Below are positions 1-8,831 of a stretch of 64,000 bases of DNA, one piece after another. The position numbers were made by a program, and so were the translations under genes. Origin of the DNA: Dehalococcoidia bacterium (GTDB lineage: Bacteria; Chloroflexota; Dehalococcoidia; Bin125); contig OY820591.1 in assembly GCA_963555985.3 (NCBI GenBank), positions 1,952,001 to 2,016,000 of the forward strand, in the 5' to 3' direction. How positions within the stretch are numbered: position 1 is the first letter of the stretch; every line of letters starts with the position of its first letter. The notes beneath the pieces were generated by a model that saw nothing but the letters and a program-made list of their open reading frames with translations, was not told the origin of the DNA and searched no databases.

Positions 1-404
1 CGCTCCTTGAGGATTTGGGCGACATCGACAGTCGAGCCGGGCGCTTTCTCGATCATCGTGGAGAGATACTTGCCCAGTCCGTCGTGGGTCATGCCGCGCT
101 CGACGGGGACGCCGAGGTAGGGCACGTCGCAGAACTTCACGGTGTTGTTGGGTTCGCAGAAGATGGCCTCCGAGAGATCTTTACCGACCTTGTTGCGGTC
201 GATGTCGAAGGCGGCGACGAAGTTGAGGTCGGCGATCGAGTAGCCGCCGAGCACGGCGTGCATGATGCCTGGGATTTCGTCGCCGTCCTGGGCGTTCTGG
301 TAGTGGGTGACGCCCTGTACGAGGGAGGAGGCGCAGTTGCCGACGCCGATGATGGCGACGTTGATTTTGGACTGGGGCGCGGGATCGGAGTGAGCTTCGG
401 GCAT
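1..404 (-). CDS. ino1: myo-inositol-1-phosphate synthase (5' part; runs off window start)
   Basis: Manual translation from ATG at 404: [35 protein letters not shown]...[21 protein letters not shown]...[10 protein letters not shown]; absent from ORF track. Confidence 0.9.
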   Translation of the reverse strand, partial: MPEAHSDPAPQSKINVAIIGVGNCASSLVQGVTHYQNAQDGDEIPGIMHAVLGGYSIADLNFVAAFDIDRNKVGKDLSEAIFCEPNNTVKFCDVPYLGVPVERGMTHDGLGKYLSTMIEKAPGSTVDVAQILKE

Positions 405-578
405 AGGGGTTCCTTGCGGCGAGTGACGGCGGGGGAGACTTGCCGCCGTGGCGGGGCGGAAGCTCGCCAGAGGTGCGCCGCGTCCGCCGCCTGCGAGTAC
501 TGCAAGGTAGCAGCGGGAGTGTGGGGATAGTGTTCCGCAGTGCACAGGGGTTGGGTGAGGGGTTGGGGGGTTGGGGAG

Positions 579-740
579 TCCCCCCTCTGTCCCCCGCCTG
601 CGCGGGGGCAGGCGCTGCGGGGCATCTCCCTCCGCAGTGCGGGGGGAGAGGGGAGGTTGGTTGGGGGCGTTTGTGCTGGGGGTGGCGTTTCACCCCCTCT
701 GCCCCGTTGGGGCATCTCCCCCTTGAGGGGGAGATTCTTG
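579..740. repeat. REP-like palindrome cluster, family A (CCCCCTCTG...CATCTCCCCC-N-GGGGGAGA)
   Basis: Similar copies near 2647, 6559, 6645, 8382, 11970, 13458, 17768, 20830, 22290, 23622, 26295, 27955, 51220, 59430. Confidence 0.85.
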
Positions 741-775
741 GGGGCGGGGATGACGGAATTGTGGGTGGGCATGGG

Positions 776-2197
776 TTAGAGCTGATTTCTCATGCTGGCG
801 ATGCGGCCGCGGTCGAGCGGCGGGAGGTGGAAGAACTCGATCCGGGTGGTTGGAGCTTGGGGCCGGGGTTGGGCCAGCTCGTGGCAGTAGCGGTCGGCGT
901 CCAGGAGGTCGTCGTCGCGGTCTCGGGGTTGGGGGTTGGCGGCGCGGGGGTCTCGCCACTGGTACTCGCGCATCCGGCGCGGGAACTGGACGAGCTCGGG
1001 GGTGTAGAAGGAGGTGGGCGGGTCGTTCGAGAGGCGTTCTTGGACCAGGCCGATGCCCTGGTGGACGGAGCCGGGCCCGCCCCGGCTGGGGCGGATGTCG
1101 CGCCCGCGGCGGTGGAGGTGGTCGATCCAGGCGGATTGGCTGCGGTCGGCGTTCCAACTGATCGAGCCGAAGCGCCGGCGGCAGTGGAGCATCCACTGTT
1201 CGAGCCGTTGAGTGACGCCGGGGCCGCGGTCCTCGAACTCGGCCAGGCGGATGAGGACATTGGGTCCGCAGACGGCGTAGCGGGCGGTGAGGCCGGCGAC
1301 GATGCCGGCGGTGTAGTGGGCCTGCTCGGTCTGGGCGCCGAAGTCGAGGCCGCCGAGGTAACGCTCGAAGCTGGGCAGGCGCTTATCCCAGAGGTGGCGT
1401 TTGGGGTCGAACTTGGGGTAGACCAGACCCTCGAAGGCGTCGAAGCGGCCCTCGATGAAGCGTTCGACCCAGTCGGGCGGGAGCAGGGCGCGTTGCTGTT
1501 CGGCGTAGTTGTCGGGCAGATGGGGGTTGTCCTCGATCTTGGCGGGGATGAAGACTGCTTGTCCGCCGGCGTGCTCGAGTTCAGCTTTGTTCAGTTCGCG
1601 TTGGACGAACCAGCGCTCGAACCAGCCTGGGTGGGGGTTGGAGGCGGCCACGAACCAGCGTTGCGGTTGGGCCGGGTGGCGGAGTCTGGTCAAGAGCATT
1701 TGGGCGGCTTCTTCGGCGACTTCGCCGGCTTCGTCGATCAGGACGGTGCCGTACTGCTGGGAGCCGAGGCCGGTCCAGTCGGAGAGATGGCGAAAGTGGA
1801 TCGTGGAGGGTTCGCTCGAGTACTGGAGGCTGCTGACCGTGAGGGAATGGGTGGGTGAACTGCGGCGTTGGACGGTGAGGTCGGGGTCAGCGGTGCAGAT
1901 GCGCAGGAACTCGCCCATGGTCGTGGTGTAGAGGTCTGTGAACGTGTCGCGTGCGAGCAGGATGTTGTTGCCCGGGAAGATCAAGGCCGCGTCCAGGGCG
2001 AGCTCGGCCAGGGCGCGGGTCTTGCCGCCGCCCATGGCGCCGCCGTAGCCGACCAGGGCGAGGCCGGGATTGGGCACGGTAGCGACTGCGCAACAGAGCT
2101 CGCGCTGTCTGTCCGTCGGAAAAAAACCGCGAGACTTGTGCAAGCGGTCGAACGCAACGACCGCCCGCTTTGAGCTGGGGGTATTACTGTGGCTCAT
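776..2197 (-). CDS. terL: phage terminase large subunit (PBSX/Terminase_6-like)
   Basis: Walker A YGGAMGGGKT, Walker B VLIDEAGE, AASNPHPGW, DNPHLP, RNase H-like GGLDFG and DDDLLDADRY. Confidence 0.9.
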   Translation of the reverse strand: MSHSNTPSSKRAVVAFDRLHKSRGFFPTDRQRELCCAVATVPNPGLALVGYGGAMGGGKTRALAELALDAALIFPGNNILLARDTFTDLYTTTMGEFLRICTADPDLTVQRRSSPTHSLTVSSLQYSSEPSTIHFRHLSDWTGLGSQQYGTVLIDEAGEVAEEAAQMLLTRLRHPAQPQRWFVAASNPHPGWFERWFVQRELNKAELEHAGGQAVFIPAKIEDNPHLPDNYAEQQRALLPPDWVERFIEGRFDAFEGLVYPKFDPKRHLWDKRLPSFERYLGGLDFGAQTEQAHYTAGIVAGLTARYAVCGPNVLIRLAEFEDRGPGVTQRLEQWMLHCRRRFGSISWNADRSQSAWIDHLHRRGRDIRPSRGGPGSVHQGIGLVQERLSNDPPTSFYTPELVQFPRRMREYQWRDPRAANPQPRDRDDDLLDADRYCHELAQPRPQAPTTRIEFFHLPPLDRGRIASMRNQL

Positions 2198-2540
2198 CCT
2201 CTTCCTCTTCGCTTTCCTCGTCCTCCGTCAGGGGGACGTCTTCGCCGCGCATGAGGGCGGCTGCTTGGGCGTGGACCGAGTGGAGGTGGAACTCCTTCTG
2301 CTGCTCAGCGGTGAGCGGGGCTTCGGGCAGGTGGGGGGAATGGTTGGGCCGGGGCGGGGGCTCGGGGTGGGGCACGATGCCGAGCGCGTGGTGGATCTCG
2401 CGGCTCTTGGGGTTGGCCGGGGAGAGTTCGCGGCGCAGGATGGCGAAGGCTTGGGCGCGGACGTAGCCGGGTTCGCGCTTGCAGAAGGCGAGCTCGCCGA
2501 CGCCGGCCATGGCGGACTGGTAGCTGTAGTTGAAGGGCAT
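2184..2540 (-). CDS. hypothetical protein overlapping terL start; positional small-terminase candidate
   Basis: ATG 2540 preceded by GAGAGGA; 118 aa with acidic tail; 14-bp overlap with terL. Confidence 0.5.
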   Translation of the reverse strand: MPFNYSYQSAMAGVGELAFCKREPGYVRAQAFAILRRELSPANPKSREIHHALGIVPHPEPPPRPNHSPHLPEAPLTAEQQKEFHLHSVHAQAAALMRGEDVPLTEDEESEEEEDEPQ

Positions 2541-2740
2541 GGGTCGGGGTTCCTCTCTTGCTGAATAAAGGACACTTGATCTTATATGGATGGGTGCTCG
2601 GGTGGGTAATTTGGGGGTGTGTCGTGGTTGACTGAGGGTTGGGGAGTCCCCCCCTCTGTCGCTACGCGACATCTCCCCCCGCGGAGGGGGGGAGAGGGGA
2701 GAAGAAGGGAAGGGGTGAGGTGAGGGTTGGGTGCTGGTCA

Positions 2741-2776
2741 CGGCGAGATACCCGCGACGGAGCGCGGGTATGACGG
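2741..2776. repeat. REP-like palindrome family B (GAGATACCCGCG-N-CGCGGGTATGACG)
   Basis: Copies near 8485, 12097, 21005, 51280, 51341, 62649. Confidence 0.85.
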
Positions 2777-2868
2777 AGCTTGTTTGGGGCGGGGATGACG
2801 GAGGTGGGGATTTCGCAACGGTCTCCGCAGGCGGGAGTCCGGATGCCATTCGAGACGCCGCATGGATT

Positions 2869-3909
2869 TCCTAGTCTCACAGACGAAGTGCGACAGATGA
2901 TTGAGGTGAGCCCATGGGCGCGCAGTACACGCAGTTGGACCTGGCGGAGCGATGCGCGGTTGCCCGCTTACAGGCCGAGGGGCGCTCGATCCGGCAGATC
3001 GCTGCAGCTCTGGATCGCTCGCCATCGACGATTGCTCGAGAGCTGAAACGCAACACGGCGCGCGACGGCTACCGTCCCGACTACGCCCAGCAACAGGCCC
3101 AGGCGCGGCGCTGGCGCGGTTCGCGGCTGGAACGCGACGATCAGCTGCGCGCGCGGGTGCTGCGCGAGTTGGCCCGCGGGCTCTCGCCGCAACAGGTCGC
3201 AGGCCGGCTGGCGCGCGAGGCGGGCGCGCCGGTGATCTCGCACGAGAGCATCTACCGCTTCATCTACGCCCAAGCCTCGCGGGCCAAGCCCGGCCGCGGC
3301 GGCGGTTGGCGCCAGTATCTGCCGCGGCGCAAGGCGAAACGCGGTTGGCGCGGGCGCAAAGGCGGCAGTTCGGTCGAGCGCATCCAACTGCGGCGGCCCC
3401 TGAGCGAGCGCCCGGCGGCGGCCGCCGGGCGGCTCGAAGCCGGTCACTGGGAGGCCGACCTGATGCTCTTCGGGCGCGGCGGTCCGCTCCTGCTGATGCT
3501 GCACGAGCGCTCCTCGCGGCTGCTCGTGGGCTTGCCCGTGGCGGGCAAGGCGGCCGCTCCGGTCGCGCGCCTGCTGCTCAGCCTGCTCCGCGCCTGGCCG
3601 CCCGCCCTGCGGCGCACGGTCGCGTTCGACAACGGGACCGAGTTCGCCCGCCACTACGAACTGCACCGGCTGGGCGTGGAGACCTTCTTCTGCGACCCCT
3701 ACGCGCCCTGGCAGAAGGGCGGGATCGAGAATGCGATCGGACGCCTGCGCCGGGTCCTGCCGCGCCGGCTCGACCTCGCCCAACTCAGCCTCGCGCGTTT
3801 GATCGAAGTGCTGCAGTTGTACAACAACACCCCCCGCCAGTGCCTCGACTACCTCTCCCCGGCCGAAGTCTTCGGTCGGCAGTTGTTGCAGTTGCAATGT
3901 GAACCCACC
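2869..3909 (+). mobile_element. IS30-family insertion sequence (~1.04 kb)
   Basis: Imperfect terminal IRs (TCACA-N4-AA-N-TGC-N-ACA at both ends), flanking TT duplication, interrupts a repeat that is intact at 26421-26466; ends uncertain by about 1 bp. Confidence 0.85.
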
Positions 3910-3930
3910 TTCCCGCCTGCGCGGGAATGA
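2914..3930 (+). CDS. IS30-family transposase
   Basis: HTH SIRQIAAALDRSPSTIARELKRN, ISHESIY, GHWEADL, FDNGTEF, PWQKGGIENAIG, YNNTPR. Confidence 0.95.
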   Translation: MGAQYTQLDLAERCAVARLQAEGRSIRQIAAALDRSPSTIARELKRNTARDGYRPDYAQQQAQARRWRGSRLERDDQLRARVLRELARGLSPQQVAGRLAREAGAPVISHESIYRFIYAQASRAKPGRGGGWRQYLPRRKAKRGWRGRKGGSSVERIQLRRPLSERPAAAAGRLEAGHWEADLMLFGRGGPLLLMLHERSSRLLVGLPVAGKAAAPVARLLLSLLRAWPPALRRTVAFDNGTEFARHYELHRLGVETFFCDPYAPWQKGGIENAIGRLRRVLPRRLDLAQLSLARLIEVLQLYNNTPRQCLDYLSPAEVFGRQLLQLQCEPTFPPARE

Positions 3931-4025
3931 CGGAATTGGGGATTTACGCGCGGGTCTCCTCAAGGGGGATGGGGGAGGCGATAGGATGGGTGGTACTGGG
4001 ACTGGCCAGGTATTGGGCTTTGCCG

Positions 4026-4841
4026 ATGTGCAGTGGGCGGACGACATCGACTCGCGTTCGAGCGGTTTTTCCTGATCCGCCACGACGGCCGGGGGATATG
4101 ACCAGCTTTAAACACATCGCGATCAGCGGGAATGCTCATCACCTGCTTCAGCACTTCATTGAGCGGGGCGGGCGGCCGGAGACCATGCTGGTTGGGGGCG
4201 AGCTGTATTTGAGTCCTGATTTCGGGGTGGGGCGGCGGGGATTGCGGGTGCCTGACCTGTTGGTGGCGTTCGATGTCGACATAGAGGCGTATTACCGCAG
4301 CAATGCGTATGTGATTTCGGAGCAGGGCAAGCCGCCCGACTTTGTGCTGGAGGTCGCTTCGCCGAGCACGGCGCGGGTGGATACGGGAGTGAAGCGGGAG
4401 GCGTACGCGGCGCTTGGGGTGGGAGAGTACTGGCGGTTTGACGAGACGGGGCGGTTGCATGGGGCGCGTCTGGCGGGCGACCGGCTGGTTGAGGGCGAAT
4501 ATGAGCCGCTTGCGCTAGAGGAGTTGTCGGCGGATGCGGTGCAGGGGTACAGCGCGGCGCTCGATTTGCATCTACGCTGGGAACGGGGCGAGCTGGTGTT
4601 CGTTGATCCGGCGACGGAACGTCGGATCCTGAGCTATGAGGATCAGCGTCTGCGGGCGGATGAGGAAACGGCGGCGCGGATTCGGGCGGAAGCGCAGCTC
4701 GACCAAGAAGAGGCAGCGCGCGTTCGTGAAGAAGCCGCGCGGGAGCGGGCGGAGGCCGCGCGCGAGCAGGCCGAGGCGCGAGTGCGCGAATTGGAACGAC
4801 AACTTGAGGGCCGCTCTGAGGGCGGCGAACAGGAAGCGTGA
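4026..4841 (+). CDS. Uma2-family PD-(D/E)xK endonuclease with coiled-coil tail
   Basis: VPDLLVAF, PPDFVLEVASPST, K-x3-YAALGVGEYWRFD; start codon uncertain. Confidence 0.85.
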   Translation: MCSGRTTSTRVRAVFPDPPRRPGDMTSFKHIAISGNAHHLLQHFIERGGRPETMLVGGELYLSPDFGVGRRGLRVPDLLVAFDVDIEAYYRSNAYVISEQGKPPDFVLEVASPSTARVDTGVKREAYAALGVGEYWRFDETGRLHGARLAGDRLVEGEYEPLALEELSADAVQGYSAALDLHLRWERGELVFVDPATERRILSYEDQRLRADEETAARIRAEAQLDQEEAARVREEAARERAEAAREQAEARVRELERQLEGRSEGGEQEA

Positions 4842-4844
4842 GGT

Positions 4845-6548
4845 TTGAAGTTGAGCGCTGCACTGAGGACGGTCTCGGAGATTTCTCACTGGTACGTAGA
4901 TGCGATCGCGGCAGAGCATCCGAATCTGGCGACCTCGCTGGGGATTGCGGGGGGAGAGACGGAGTTGACGGACTACTCGCCAGACGGTCAGGCGGCGCGG
5001 ACGGCGGTTCGCAAGCGGGCCGAGGCGGCGCTGGCGGAGGCGCCGATTGAGAGTGAGCGGGATCGGGTGGCGCGGGATGTGATGTTGGAGCGGTTTGAGT
5101 ATGAGGCAGAGTTGGAGTCGCAGCAGGAGCATCTGCGCTCGCTGAACATTTTGGCGTCGCCGTTGCAGAACACTCGCTCGGTGTTTGATTTGATGCCGAA
5201 GGGGTCGGAGGAGGACCAGGCGAAGATCGTCGAGCGGATGGGCGCGGTGCCGGAGGCGCTGGAACGCTATCGGGCGTCGCTGGCGGCGGGGCTGGATGAA
5301 GGGATCGTGGTGGCGCAGCGGCAGGTTCGGGGTGCGGTTGAGCAGTGCCGGGTGTGGGCGGGGCAGGGAACCCCCCTTCAGCCTTCGGCAGGAGCCAAGT
5401 CGTTCTTCCGGCAGCTTTGCGATGACCTGGGGATTGATGGCGGCGAGAACGTCACCGCGGCCGAGCGGGGCTATGCGGCGATGGGGGATTGGTTGGAGAC
5501 TGAGTACCTGCCCAAGGCGAATCCTCGCGATCCGGTGGGGCGGGAGCGGTATGCGGCGGCGTCTCGGGGGTTCAATGGGATCGAGCTTGATTTGGAGGAG
5601 ACGTATGCGTGGGGCTGGGAAGAGTTGTGGCGGATTCAGGAGGAGATGCGGGAGACAGCGGAGCGGATTTCGGCGGGGGCGTCGGTAGCGGAGGCGATTG
5701 CGATTCTGGAAGCGGACGCAGAACGCACGATTGAGGGGGAAGACGCCTTTCGGGAGTGGATGCAGGAGACGCAGGATCGGACGATGGGGGAGTTGCAGGG
5801 GCGGCATTTTGAGATCGCGGAGCCGGTGCAGCGGATCGAGGCGATGATTGCGCCTCCGGGCGGGGCGCTGGCGATGTATTACACGGGTCCGACGGAGGAT
5901 TTTTCGCGTCCGGGGCGGACGTGGTATCCGACCGGGGGGGCGACGCGGTTTCCGCTCTGGCGGGAGTTGTCGGTGTGTTATCACGAGGGGGTGCCGGGGC
6001 ATCACTTGCAGATTGGGACGACGCGCTGGCTGGGGGAGCGGCTGACGCGGTATCAGCGGCTGTTGGCGGGGACGTCGGGGTATGTGGAGGGTTGGGCGCT
6101 GTACGCGGAGCGTTTGATGGCGGAGTTGGGGTATCTGGAGGATCCGGCGTACTACATGGGGTTGTTGTCGAGTCAGGCGTTGCGGGCGGCGCGGGTGGTG
6201 GTGGATATCGGGATGCACCTGGAGTTGACGATTCCGGAGCGGGAGCCGGCGTTTGGGGGCGCGGATTACGGAGGCGAAGTGTGGCGGGGGGAGATTGCGC
6301 TGCCGTTCTTGTTGGAGCGGTCGTTCTTTCCTGCGCAGATGTTGGCGAGTGAGGTGGATCGGTATCTGGGCTGGCCGGGGCAGGCGATTAGCTACAAGGT
6401 GGGGGAGCGGGAGTGGTTGGCGGCGCGGGAGTCGGCGCGGTCGGCGCTGGGGAGCGAGTTTGATTTGAAGCGGTTTCATGCGGAGGCGTTGGAGTTGGGT
6501 CCGATGGGGTTGGGGCAGTTGCGGTCGGAGATGTCGGGGTTGGAGTGA
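4845..6548 (+). CDS. DUF885 family protein (putative metallopeptidase)
   Basis: HEGVPGHHLQ, EGWALYAE, RAARVVVDIGMH, EVDRYLGWPGQAISYKVG. Confidence 0.9.
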   Translation: MKLSAALRTVSEISHWYVDAIAAEHPNLATSLGIAGGETELTDYSPDGQAARTAVRKRAEAALAEAPIESERDRVARDVMLERFEYEAELESQQEHLRSLNILASPLQNTRSVFDLMPKGSEEDQAKIVERMGAVPEALERYRASLAAGLDEGIVVAQRQVRGAVEQCRVWAGQGTPLQPSAGAKSFFRQLCDDLGIDGGENVTAAERGYAAMGDWLETEYLPKANPRDPVGRERYAAASRGFNGIELDLEETYAWGWEELWRIQEEMRETAERISAGASVAEAIAILEADAERTIEGEDAFREWMQETQDRTMGELQGRHFEIAEPVQRIEAMIAPPGGALAMYYTGPTEDFSRPGRTWYPTGGATRFPLWRELSVCYHEGVPGHHLQIGTTRWLGERLTRYQRLLAGTSGYVEGWALYAERLMAELGYLEDPAYYMGLLSSQALRAARVVVDIGMHLELTIPEREPAFGGADYGGEVWRGEIALPFLLERSFFPAQMLASEVDRYLGWPGQAISYKVGEREWLAARESARSALGSEFDLKRFHAEALELGPMGLGQLRSEMSGLE

Positions 6549-6750
6549 GTGGTTGGGGGACCCCCCTCTGTCACTTCGTGACATCTCCCCCCGCAGTGCG
6601 GGGGGAGAGGCTCCGGGTTTAGGGGGTTGGGTGCTGGATGTGGCGTTTCACCCCCTCTGCCCCGTTGGGGCATCTCCCCCTTGAGGGGGAGATTCTTGGG
6701 GGGGCGGGGTAGTATTGAGGGACTGGGCGGTTGCCGGGGATGGAGTTGGT

Positions 6751-7518
6751 ATGGGGCGGACTTGGCGGCTGGTGTGGTTGATGGGGCTGGCGCTGGGGGC
6801 GGCGGTGGCGGCGGCTTGCGGTTCGGGTGGGGAGGAGTCTGCGGCGGCGCCGTCTCAGGCTCAGACGGAGCAGGCGCAGGTGGCGCAGGCTGCTGAGGAG
6901 GTAGCGCAGGAGGGGGAGTCGGTGGGGCCGCAGGCACCTGAGGCGGAGCCGGAGGGGGAGGAGCAGGGGGATACGGTGACGGTGGTGTCGGTGAGTTATC
7001 ACAAGGGGGTGGCGGCTGAGCGGCATGTGTTGGGAGAGCCGGATGCGCCGGTGGTGATTTTGCACTTTGGGGACTTTCAGTGACCGTTTTGCCAACGTTT
7101 CACGGCTCAGGTTGAGCCGGTGATCATTGAGCGGTTGGTGACGACGGGGATTGCGCGTTATGAGTTCCGGCAGTTCCCGGTGTTGGGCGAGCGGTCGGTC
7201 TATGCGGCGCTGGCGACGGAGTGCGCGGCGGATCAGAACGAGTTCTGGCCGCTGCATGACCGTTTCATGGCGAATGACCGGACGCTCTATACGGAGGGGG
7301 GTCTGCGGCGGCAGGCGATTGCGGAGGGGATGGACGCGGACGCGCTCTTTGAGTGCATCCGCGAGAATGCGCATCTCGAGGCGATCCAGGCGTCGCGCGC
7401 CGAGGGTCAGCGGCGGGGGGTGACGGCGACGCCGACGATCTTTGTGAACGACGTGAAGGTGGATCCGACGCTGGAGGCGATTTTGGCGGCGGTCGCCCAG
7501 GCGGGAGACGGCTCGTAG
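6751..7518 (+). CDS. DsbA/thioredoxin-like lipoprotein, selenocysteine UxxC (UGA 7081-7083)
   Basis: In-frame HFGDFQ-TGA-PFCQRF; cis-Pro GVTATPTIFVN; lipobox-like AAAC; joins track ORFs 6715-7083 and 7120-7518. Confidence 0.88.
7103..7119 (+). promoter_or_regulatory. SECIS-like hairpin
   Basis: CGGCTCA-GGT-TGAGCCG starting 20 nt after the UGA. Confidence 0.75.
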
Positions 7519-7539
7519 CGTGAAGGAGGGTGTCGAGAT

Positions 7540-8343
7540 ATGAGTGCGACGCGGACGTGGGTACTGGGGCTTGCGGTGGCCGGCGTGCTGGCGGCGCTGT
7601 CGGCGAGCGCTTGCGGCTCGCAGGGGGACGGCGAGCAGCCGGAGCAGCCGGTCAGCTATCAGGCGGGGGCGACGGAGACGACGGAGCGGCCGGATCGCCA
7701 GTCCACGGTTGCGGCCGGCCAACCGGATCAAGCCGAGCAAGCTGAGCAGAGCACGATCGATAGCGAACAAGCCGATGCGGAGCCTGAGGATGACGGCGCG
7801 GTCAGGGAAGTGCTGCGGCGTCACCGGGAGGGGTTGCAGGCGAACCGGAATGTGGTGGGCGATCCGAATGCGCCGATCACGATTGTGGAGTATTCGGACT
7901 TTCAGTGAAGCTCCTGCCGCCGGTTCGCGGCTCAGGCTGAGCCGCAGATTATCGAGGAAGTGGTGCGGACGGGGCTGGCGAAGTATGAGTACCGGCACTT
8001 TCTGATTTTTGGGGCGCAGTCGGAGTTTGCGGCGCTGGCGACGGAGTGCGCGGGGGATCAAGGTCACTGGTGGGATTTCCACGATGAGTACATGACGGGG
8101 AATGCGGTGCGTTATACGCGCAAGGGGGCGCTGGAGTACGCGGCTGAGCTGGGGATGGACGGTGAGGAGTTCAGTCAGTGTCTGGAGGACGGTCGTCATT
8201 TGGGCCGGATCGAGGCGATGCAGCGTGAGGCGTATGAGCGTGGGATACCGGGGACGCCGACGATCACGATTAATGGCGAGCGGGTGGGGAATTCGCCGGC
8301 GACGATCATTCGCCGGGTACGGGAGTTGGCCGGGGTGGAGTGA
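7540..8343 (+). CDS. DsbA/thioredoxin-like lipoprotein, selenocysteine UxxC (UGA 7906-7908)
   Basis: EYSDFQ-TGA-SSCRRF; GIPGTPTITING; lipobox-like ASAC. Confidence 0.88.
7927..7945 (+). promoter_or_regulatory. SECIS-like hairpin
   Basis: GCGGCTCA-GGC-TGAGCCGC at the same spacing from UGA as 7103. Confidence 0.75.
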
Positions 8344-8582
8344 GGGGGTTTTGGGGGATATGAGTGTACGGATCGCTTAGGGGACCCCCCTCTGTCCCCC
8401 CGCCTTCGCGGGGGCAGGCTCTACGGGACATCTCCCCCCGCAAGGGGGGAGAGGGGAGCTGGGGTTTGGGGTTGGTAGTGCTCACGGCGAGATACCCGCG
8501 GCAAGCGCGGGTATGACGGAGCTGTGGGCGCGGGAATGACGGAATGTGGGATTACGCGCAGGTCTCCTTGAGGGGGAGCGGG

Positions 8583-8789
8583 TTAGGCGGGGTCGTCTTT
8601 GGGGTGGGGGGTGTGGAGAGGGAGCGGGGTGCGCTGGGATTGTTTGCAGCGGCGGCAGCGCCAGACGACGACGATGTGGGCTTCGTAGTCGTGCTCGACG
8701 ACGCTGTGGAGGGCGGGGCGGCCGTTGTGTTGGACGCTGGGGCAGTCGGGGTTTTGGCAGCGGACTTCCTGCTTGTGCGGGCCGGTCAT
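8583..8789 (-). CDS. small zinc-ribbon protein, Com-like
   Basis: EVRCQNPDC...WRCRRC in 68 aa; AAGGAG RBS; directly downstream of the portal candidate. Confidence 0.6.
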   Translation of the reverse strand: MTGPHKQEVRCQNPDCPSVQHNGRPALHSVVEHDYEAHIVVVWRCRRCKQSQRTPLPLHTPHPKDDPA

Positions 8790-8831
8790 TGAGGCTCCTT
8801 TGGGGATTGCGAGTTTCGGGGCGTCAGTGGA

